IMG/VR virus record: IMGVR_UViG_3300009154_000046
Span: 1-64,000 of that record
Reading direction: 5' to 3' (one strand)
Origin: an uncultured virus (IMG/VR IMGVR_UViG_3300009154_000046)
Taxonomy: Duplodnaviria > Heunggongvirae > Uroviricota > Caudoviricetes
DNA: 64,000 nt
The first letter of the stretch is position 1; the number at the start of each line of letters is the position of its first letter. Under the pieces are notes generated by a model that had not been told where the DNA came from, made no database searches, and saw only the letters and a program-made list of their open reading frames with translations. Made by a program: the position numbers and the translations under genes. Positions 57,034 through 64,000 of this stretch are shown here, piece after piece.

Positions 57034-57795
57034 TTAATTATTTAAGTAATGATTTATTAAATCGGATAAATTTTTGGCAGTTGGACGTGCGTTTACATTA
57101 AAATCTATAAATTGTTCTCTAGTTCGTTTATGGTCTAAATCATCTCCTGGATTAGAATTTGGATTTAATTTACTTTTAAAAGATAATTTTCTTTTTAAAG
57201 TTATTTCGTTTAATGGGCAATATCCATAATATAAAATAGCAAAATCGGTTGTATATGGTTTGTATATATGTTGATTTTGTGGTGTATTAAAATGCCTACC
57301 AGCGCCACCCAAATATTTTACATAATCTAAATTAAAATTATGCATGGACCTACCAAATCTATAAAATCCGTTTTCAAAAGGGCTTTGTCCCCAATGGCGT
57401 TCTTTAATCAAATCTTCTTTAATTTCAGTAAATTCCGTATCTGGCATATCTACCATAAGATATTGTGGTATTATGAATTGTGTTGGATTAGTTATATAAT
57501 TCAATATATCGTATTTGCCTAATAAAAATTCAGTAGTATTTAAACATATTTTAAATCCATCAATTTCCGATTCTAATTCGCTTACTTCGGAATCTACAGC
57601 AACGGCTTCAAAATAAGAATTTCGACTTGTAACAACCTTCCAATCTGGACATATTTCTTTTATTATTTCAACGCTTCTATCTGTGGAGTTATAATCAATT
57701 AGAATACCATAATCAAAATATTTTTTATGATATTTTAACCAGTGTGGTAACAAATATTCTTCATTATAGAAGTGACTTATAATTGTTTTTTTCAT
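57034..57795 (-). CDS. GT2-like glycosyltransferase
   Basis: FYNEEYLLPHWL, IDYNSTDRS. Confidence 0.7.
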   Translation of the reverse strand: MKKTIISHFYNEEYLLPHWLKYHKKYFDYGILIDYNSTDRSVEIIKEICPDWKVVTSRNSYFEAVAVDSEVSELESEIDGFKICLNTTEFLLGKYDILNYITNPTQFIIPQYLMVDMPDTEFTEIKEDLIKERHWGQSPFENGFYRFGRSMHNFNLDYVKYLGGAGRHFNTPQNQHIYKPYTTDFAILYYGYCPLNEITLKRKLSFKSKLNPNSNPGDDLDHKRTREQFIDFNVNARPTAKNLSDLINHYLNN

Positions 57796-57801
57796 TTTTT
57801 A

Positions 57802-59037
57802 TTAATTAATTTTTTGTATAAAAAATTCTGGAAAATATTGTATGAATAAATCATCGGATATGTTTCTTTTTTGCTTAATCCTTTTACAAATTTCATTGAA
57901 AAAATTCCAAGCAAGTGGAACAAATACAACTTTTGCGGTTTTATCCAATTCTTCTAAATAAGAAGGATTGTATATGGGTATATCCATACCAGGCGTTAAT
58001 AATCCTTGTTTTAATGGATTATCATCTATTATACAATCAAGTTCAATTTTTGTAAAATTTAGTAAAGTATTTCCTTTCGCTGCAGCGCCATACCCTATTA
58101 ATGTATATCCATCATTTTTAAACTCTAATAATCTTTGCTTTAATGAGAAAGCTGCTTTATAGCATTTCATTGAATATTCAGGATATGTAAGAATGTTATA
58201 AAGACCATTTGCTTTTTCATTTTCATATTGAATATGTAAATTATCAGATATTTCGTTTTTATGAGAAATAATGAATACATAGCTAGTTCCATGTATATCT
58301 GTCTTTTTTACATCAACCAGATTCAATCCGGCTCGTTTAACTAAAGTCATCATTGAATTGATATTAAAAAAAGATAAGTGTTCGTGATATATTGTATCAA
58401 ATTCATTATTTATTACCATATTTGCTTGAGAAGTTTGTATAAACAACTTCCCATCGGTAGCTAATATTTCTGAACATGCTTTTAGAAAATCATATGTAAA
58501 CCTAGTATGAGCAAAAACATTTTGTGCTGTAATAATATCAAATTTAGTATCTTCAAGCTTTTTTACTGTTACGGTATTAAAGTAATCGCAAATTATATTG
58601 TGGCCTTTTTCTACGGAGTCATTATATAAATTTTCAGCAGGGTCTATTCCATAAGTTTCCAATCCCAATCTCTTATATGAATCTAATTGAGTTCCATCAT
58701 TGCAAGCAATATCTAAAACTTTTTTTGCATTTGGAACTTGCTCAAGTGTTATTTTTGCAAAGAAATCAAAATAATCTTTCAAAGTTTTTGTTGTACCACT
58801 TACATAAAGATAATTTTTAAACATTAAATCAGGATTTACCGCATGGCTTAATTGTAAATGATAGCAATTGGTACATAGATTTAATTTTAAAGGATATTCA
58901 TCCAATAAATCGCCTTTATGATAATCATTTGCCAATGGCTGTTTGCCTAAATCAATAATCGTTTTTAGATTAGTTGAACTACCACATGCTAAGCACTCAT
59001 CATTGGCTATACATTTTTTTGAAAATTCGTTAAACAT
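57802..59037 (-). CDS. NDP-hexose C-methyltransferase
   Basis: CLAC, LGKQPLAN, DIACNDG, IYHEH, YGAAAKG. Confidence 0.85.
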   Translation of the reverse strand: MFNEFSKKCIANDECLACGSSTNLKTIIDLGKQPLANDYHKGDLLDEYPLKLNLCTNCYHLQLSHAVNPDLMFKNYLYVSGTTKTLKDYFDFFAKITLEQVPNAKKVLDIACNDGTQLDSYKRLGLETYGIDPAENLYNDSVEKGHNIICDYFNTVTVKKLEDTKFDIITAQNVFAHTRFTYDFLKACSEILATDGKLFIQTSQANMVINNEFDTIYHEHLSFFNINSMMTLVKRAGLNLVDVKKTDIHGTSYVFIISHKNEISDNLHIQYENEKANGLYNILTYPEYSMKCYKAAFSLKQRLLEFKNDGYTLIGYGAAAKGNTLLNFTKIELDCIIDDNPLKQGLLTPGMDIPIYNPSYLEELDKTAKVVFVPLAWNFFNEICKRIKQKRNISDDLFIQYFPEFFIQKIN

Positions 59038-59953
59038 AATGTTTTATATTGTTTCTATTTGTAAATTTTGATTTATTATTTGTTTCTATTAATTCTAAAA
59101 CTATACTTTCCGGTGTTTCTTGAAATTTATAGTTAAATGTTTCTGAAAACTTTTCGGAATTTATAGAAAAATTATAGTATTTAGGTTTAATATCTCCCGT
59201 TGCACTTGGGTCGGAATTATAATCCAATACCTTTACTCCTGTAATCTTGCCAACCATATATGCAAGTTTTTCAGCGGTACTATTAAATGATGCCAAATTA
59301 TAAATTCCCCTGCAATCTTCAGTCGTTTCTATTATTTTTTGAATTGCTCTTGATAAATCACTTATACCAAGAATAGGCCTTATTATATCTTTAATGTATA
59401 ATTGTATTTCTCCTTTATTTAAGGCACTGTAAGTCATTGAATTTAACATAACATCGTTTCTTATGTGAGATGCTGCGCCATTAACTGTACCAAATCGTAA
59501 TCCGTAATATTCAATATCATATAGATTTGCATATAAATCTATAATATATTTTGTGGTATCGTAGTGGTTGTGTTGTACAAAGTTTGTAAAACTTTCATTT
59601 ACGCATTTATCCGCAACATTTCCATAAACAGAAGAACTACTTGCATATATAAACTTTTGTTTCTTTGAAAGCTTAGGTAAAAGATTAACGAAGTTTCTTA
59701 CATTGTTATTAAAGCTATATTGCGGATTACCTTCGCACATCTTTACGCTAGAATGAGCTGCTAATAAAATTACAACATCAAACTTATGTATTGTTGATTC
59801 TTGCAATTCATTGTAATCAATAGTATGACACCCATCTGGCACATCGCTGAACCAGCATAAATCCACATTTGTTATATCATACCGATTACGATAATCTTCT
59901 ATTAGTCGGGTTCCAATATAGCCACTCCCACCAATTATTAAAAGTTTTTTCAT
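59030..59953 (-). CDS. NAD-dependent epimerase/dehydratase
   Basis: GGSGYIG, YASSSSVYG, YDTTK, LRFGTV. Confidence 0.85.
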   Translation of the reverse strand: MKKLLIIGGSGYIGTRLIEDYRNRYDITNVDLCWFSDVPDGCHTIDYNELQESTIHKFDVVILLAAHSSVKMCEGNPQYSFNNNVRNFVNLLPKLSKKQKFIYASSSSVYGNVADKCVNESFTNFVQHNHYDTTKYIIDLYANLYDIEYYGLRFGTVNGAASHIRNDVMLNSMTYSALNKGEIQLYIKDIIRPILGISDLSRAIQKIIETTEDCRGIYNLASFNSTAEKLAYMVGKITGVKVLDYNSDPSATGDIKPKYYNFSINSEKFSETFNYKFQETPESIVLELIETNNKSKFTNRNNIKHYV

Positions 59954-60532
59954 TTATTTATTATTTTTAGGAGTATATGAAACATTACATATACCACCAT
60001 ATCCTTTGATTCTATCCAATTTTTCCCAATCGCTTTTCAACAATCCAATGTGAATACTATCAAGCCATTCTCCACATTTGTATATTGATTTTCTTCTAAC
60101 TCCCTCTTTTGTAAAGCCAACATACTCCGCTGATTTCATACTAGCTATGTTATTCTCTAATACTTGCCCGTCAATTCTATTCATATTTAAAACTTCAAAC
60201 GCAAAATCAGTACCGGCGCATAAAACTGGTTTTGAAAAGCCCTTACCTCTATGTGATTTGAATACATCGTGCGATGAATCATATGTCCTGTTATACCAAT
60301 CAATGTTTTGAATCTTATACAACCCAACTCGTTCATCCGATGAAGCTTCAATACCAATTAAAATTAAATGAGTTTTGCTATTTAAAGATTCAAACCAACG
60401 TTGCTGGTCTAAATCATTTAGAAAATTAATATTATGAGTACCAAACCACGATTCATTTTTAAGTTCCTTTAATAGTGGTAAGTCTTCTCTTTCAAGCTTT
60501 CGTAATGCGATTCCCTCTTTGTGTATATACAT
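59954..60532 (-). CDS. GNAT N-acyltransferase (RimJ/PseH-like)
   Basis: HRGKG, VLENN.AS, GFTKEG. Confidence 0.8.
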   Translation of the reverse strand: MYIHKEGIALRKLEREDLPLLKELKNESWFGTHNINFLNDLDQQRWFESLNSKTHLILIGIEASSDERVGLYKIQNIDWYNRTYDSSHDVFKSHRGKGFSKPVLCAGTDFAFEVLNMNRIDGQVLENNIASMKSAEYVGFTKEGVRRKSIYKCGEWLDSIHIGLLKSDWEKLDRIKGYGGICNVSYTPKNNK

Positions 60533-60533
60533 T

Positions 60534-61178
60534 TTAAAGTCCTCCGTCTATTCTTAAATTAGTTCCACAAATATATTCGTTTTCAATTATAAAATTGATA
60601 GTATTATATAATTCTTCCATAGATCCCCAGCGTTTTAGTCCAATTTTATCCTTTGCCATTTCTTGATATTTTTTTTCAACTCTATAACACATGCCACCAT
60701 CCCAATATCCTAGCTGAATTGTATTACAAGTTATACCATACTTAATATTTTCTTTATTTGCGGTTGCTATCAATCTATCTACAAATGCCTTTGAAGCGCA
60801 ATAGATTGAATTTTTTGGTACATTTAGTTCTGAAAAAACCGAAGATATTGCAATTACTCTACCGTATTTTTTTTCAATCATTTTGGGAAGACATCCTGCC
60901 AATATGTTAATATTACCTTTCATATTAACATCCATCATAGAATCAATTTCATTGATATCGGCCGCATCTATCTTACTCAAGAATACATCATATTTTTTCC
61001 CACTCATATTTAATACAATATCAATATCATTGGAATTAAAAAACTTTTTAGTTTGCTCCAGTGATGTAATATCAACTTCTCTACTACTGATTGGGATTAT
61101 TTGATATTTTTTTTCTAATAGAGGAATTAGCTTTTGTCCTAAACCACCACTAGCTCCAAATATAACCATTTTTTTCAT
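60534..61178 (-). CDS. SDR oxidoreductase (FabG-like)
   Basis: GASGGLG, YCASK, IDGG. Confidence 0.8.
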   Translation of the reverse strand: MKKMVIFGASGGLGQKLIPLLEKKYQIIPISSREVDITSLEQTKKFFNSNDIDIVLNMSGKKYDVFLSKIDAADINEIDSMMDVNMKGNINILAGCLPKMIEKKYGRVIAISSVFSELNVPKNSIYCASKAFVDRLIATANKENIKYGITCNTIQLGYWDGGMCYRVEKKYQEMAKDKIGLKRWGSMEELYNTINFIIENEYICGTNLRIDGGL

Positions 61179-61184
61179 ATTATA

Positions 61185-62120
61185 CTATTTAATATATTTT
61201 AAAACACTTACACCCCATGTCCAACCAGAACCTACTGCTGGCATTACTAATATGTTTCCATTTTTTAATTTATTTTCTCTATATAAACAATCTAATGCCA
61301 TTGGGATTGATGCTCCTGCTGTATTACCAAAATTGCCCATATTGAATATAACTTTATCATTTGGAAAATTTAAAATTTCGGATGTTTTAAATAATACTCT
61401 ATGTCCCGGCTGATGTGGTACTATCCAATCAATATCATTTAATGATAAATTATTTGAAAGTAATGCTTTCGTTATTGCATCGGGTAAAACTTTCGTTGCA
61501 ATATCGTAAACTGCCCTTGCATTCATTAAAAATTTTGAAGAATGATGGCATGTAAACCCTTCTTTACCTGAGCCATCTCCATATAAATCCGTACTTATCC
61601 AAGCTCCATTCACATTTGATATAATCACAGCGCCTGCGCCATCTCCAAAAAATACACAATTCCTATCATTCCAATCTGTTATTTTAGAATAAGCATCTGC
61701 TCCAACTAATAATATGTTCTTATATTGTTTTGTTGAAATTAAATTGGTAGCTAATTGTATTCCATAAACGAATCCACTACATACCGCATTAATATCAAAT
61801 GCTGGACATTTAATATCCAATTTATTAGCTAATATACATGCGGTTGATGGCGATATTCTATCCGGACTTGAGGTTGCTAATATAATTAAATCAATATCAT
61901 TCTTATTTATACCCGAGTCGGTAATTGCAGAAATTGAAGCATGGTATGCCAAATCCGATGGTAGTTCATCCACTACATTTCGTCTTTGTTTTATTCCTAA
62001 ATTTTTATAAGTCCAATCCGAATTTGTTCCTATATTTAGGAAATCAATATTTTCATTTGATACTATTTTTTCAGGAACATACGAGCCTATACCAACTATA
62101 CCAACATTTTGAATTTTCAT
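61185..62120 (-). CDS. fabH: 3-oxoacyl-ACP synthase III
   Basis: AVCSGF, FGDGAGA, PHQ, GNTAGAS catalytic triad. Confidence 0.88.
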   Translation of the reverse strand: MKIQNVGIVGIGSYVPEKIVSNENIDFLNIGTNSDWTYKNLGIKQRRNVVDELPSDLAYHASISAITDSGINKNDIDLIILATSSPDRISPSTACILANKLDIKCPAFDINAVCSGFVYGIQLATNLISTKQYKNILLVGADAYSKITDWNDRNCVFFGDGAGAVIISNVNGAWISTDLYGDGSGKEGFTCHHSSKFLMNARAVYDIATKVLPDAITKALLSNNLSLNDIDWIVPHQPGHRVLFKTSEILNFPNDKVIFNMGNFGNTAGASIPMALDCLYRENKLKNGNILVMPAVGSGWTWGVSVLKYIK

Positions 62121-62134
62121 TATGTTTATTTTAA

Positions 62135-62166
62135 CAAATATATGTAAAATATATCAAATTACCAAA
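62135..62166 (-). promoter_or_regulatory. Bacteroidota-type promoter
   Basis: TTTG-N20-TATATTTG. Confidence 0.85.
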
Positions 62167-62172
62167 TTATTT

Positions 62173-63363
62173 TTACCAACCTTTTTTAATACAATCAACA
62201 ATATATTGTCTTTGCTCTTCCGTTACCCACCAACCAACTGGTATACATACTACTTTACCAATAGTCCTTTCTAAATTAGGTAAATGGCTTCTAAATTCTT
62301 TAACGCAAGTATGCTTATCATTTCTTTCATGTACCTGTGATACAACTATACCACAATCTTTCATATGTTTGTAAAAGCCATTGCGGTTTTCAACTAACAT
62401 AGAATATATCCAAAATGCCGAGTCGTGTCCTTTATGTCTATCTAATAGAGTAACACCATAAATTCCTTTTAAATTTTGGTCATAGAATTTTGCGTTATCT
62501 CGATGCTTACCAATTATCCATTCAGCATCTTTTAGGTTTTCAATACCAACCGTTGCACAAACATCGTTCATATGGAATTTAAAACCCCATTCCTCAATAT
62601 CTGCTTCACAACGGAAGTCCTTTCTATTACCATCTCTATCAATACCATACCAACGAATTAGCTTTGCTCTATTGTAAAGTTCTTGATGTGGTAAAACTAA
62701 TAGCCCACCATCAACTGCCGTAATATGTTTAATAGCTTGTAAGCTATACATAACCATATTACCGTGATTACCTAACTTCTTATCTTTATATTCCGAACCA
62801 AATGAGTGCGCACCATCTTCAATAATAGCCGGTGCGTATCCATATATTTGCTTTGATTTTTCTTGTATAGCTTTTAATCTATCCAAATCATTCGGATAAC
62901 CGCCCCAATGAACTACTATAATTGCTTTTGTTTTTGGACCTATTTTTCTTTCCAAATCATCTAAATCCATATTCAATGTTGTAGGGTCTATATCTACCCA
63001 CTTAATCGTTAAACCATTTGCTAATACTGGCCAATTTGATGCCGTACAAGTTAATGGAGTACATAGTATTTCATCTCCATCTTTTAAACCCGGCCAGAAT
63101 TTATGGAGTGTAGAATATCCATCGGCCCATACGCGTGCTGATGGTTTTTTTAATAAATGCAATGCTAAATGCAATCCGGAAGTTCCTGAATTTAATGTAA
63201 CTACTTTATCTGAATTAAAATATTCTTTTAAGTTTGATTCAAACTCTTCTACTTTTGGTCCTTGTCCAATATACCCACTATCCAATATTTTTCCAACTTC
63301 TACTTTTGCGTTTGGATTCATATGAACTTTAAATAATTGTATTGGTGTTTCTACTTTTTTCAT
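62173..63363 (-). CDS. DegT/DnrJ sugar aminotransferase
   Basis: NSGTSGLHLA, VHWGG, EDGAH, SLQAIKH (Lys retained), DGG. Confidence 0.88.
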   Translation of the reverse strand: MKKVETPIQLFKVHMNPNAKVEVGKILDSGYIGQGPKVEEFESNLKEYFNSDKVVTLNSGTSGLHLALHLLKKPSARVWADGYSTLHKFWPGLKDGDEILCTPLTCTASNWPVLANGLTIKWVDIDPTTLNMDLDDLERKIGPKTKAIIVVHWGGYPNDLDRLKAIQEKSKQIYGYAPAIIEDGAHSFGSEYKDKKLGNHGNMVMYSLQAIKHITAVDGGLLVLPHQELYNRAKLIRWYGIDRDGNRKDFRCEADIEEWGFKFHMNDVCATVGIENLKDAEWIIGKHRDNAKFYDQNLKGIYGVTLLDRHKGHDSAFWIYSMLVENRNGFYKHMKDCGIVVSQVHERNDKHTCVKEFRSHLPNLERTIGKVVCIPVGWWVTEEQRQYIVDCIKKGW

Positions 63364-63367
63364 ATTT

Positions 63368-63727
63368 TTATATTTTTATATTTTTAATTCCAGTATTTCT
63401 TTCTATATTAAACGCATACGCTGATTCGGCTCCATCCGGCTTTTTATCATTAATCAATATCCGATTACCTCCACCAATGCCCATAATTAAACTATCATAA
63501 AAAATACCTAATTCAGATAATTGTTTTTCTGTGGAGTTTCTCATAGATTCCCTTCTTCCTGTAATCAATATAATGTTATATCCCGATGCATCCCACTCAA
63601 TAAATTTTTCTATGGTTCCAGGCAATAACTTTAATTTTTTAGAATATGGTGTATTATTTGTAGGGTTTTCATGCTCAACCAATGTACCATCAATATCGCA
63701 AATTATGGTTTTAGGTCTATTATTCAT
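63368..63727 (-). CDS. small HAD phosphatase
   Basis: DIDGTL, TGR, INDK. Confidence 0.8.
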   Translation of the reverse strand: MNNRPKTIICDIDGTLVEHENPTNNTPYSKKLKLLPGTIEKFIEWDASGYNIILITGRRESMRNSTEKQLSELGIFYDSLIMGIGGGNRILINDKKPDGAESAYAFNIERNTGIKNIKI

Positions 63728-64000
63728 ATAACTGAATTAGTTTGTTTTTTATATTTTTTTTAATTTCAAAATCTATATCGACCATATCACTTTTAACTTC
63801 GATAATAAATCTTTCATTTGATAAAACGTAATGCCCACATATTTCTATAAGTTCTTTTTTATTTTTATATGGGTCAAAATTAGAATCTACCCATTTTACC
63901 CATTTTTTAGAATCATAGCATATTTGCCAATACTTTTCAAATATACTACTATTTTTTATATTTGCCAAATAAGTTTTTGTTTCAATAAGACCGAACTCAG
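63720..64000 (-). CDS. partial CDS (C-terminus), possibly aldolase-like
   Basis: frame open to the window end: EFGLIET...WVKWV...ICGHYV. Confidence 0.5.
   Translation of the reverse strand, partial: EFGLIETKTYLANIKNSSIFEKYWQICYDSKKWVKWVDSNFDPYKNKKELIEICGHYVLSNERFIIEVKSDMVDIDFEIKKNIKNKLIQLYE

Noticed and set aside
50310..64000. Sugar cluster as bacterial chromosome or prophage flank
   Set aside because: Same strand, packing, composition and promoter style as the phage genes; no wzx/wzy/transport or housekeeping genes and no att or integrase junction seen

Overview
Segment of an AT-rich (roughly 30% GC by eye) jumbo-type bacteriophage genome using the standard code, with essentially every gene on the minus strand. 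The host is most likely Bacteroidota, based on more than a dozen TTTG-N20-TAnnTTT(G/A) promoters and Bacteroidota-type DUF4494, DUF4884 and beta-barrel proteins. 1-31 kb: dense early/accessory region of small ORFs with DNA ligase, Rnl1-type RNA ligase, PNK-like kinase, two metallophosphoesterases, a HAD protein, a GP88-like protein, a ParB-like/nuclease fusion and a MoxR-VWA pair. Four copies of a promoter plus long-palindrome element punctuate it. 32-35.6 kb: RNA island with tRNA-Glu, tRNA-Gly, a 550-nt tmRNA, an ~860-nt GOLLD-like structured RNA, three tRNA-shaped elements lacking a normal anticodon arm, several small structured RNAs and an ORF enclosed by a perfect 19-bp inverted repeat. 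36-50 kb: lysis-like cluster (GH19 endolysin, holin-like proteins), groEL, outer-membrane barrels, Mom-like DNA modifier, HAD and Ntn hydrolases. 50-64 kb: large sugar biosynthesis/glycosylation cluster (ColD/ColC-like colitose branch, GT11, C-methyltransferase, DegT-FabH-SDR-GNAT). All family calls come from motif recognition by eye; no searches were run.
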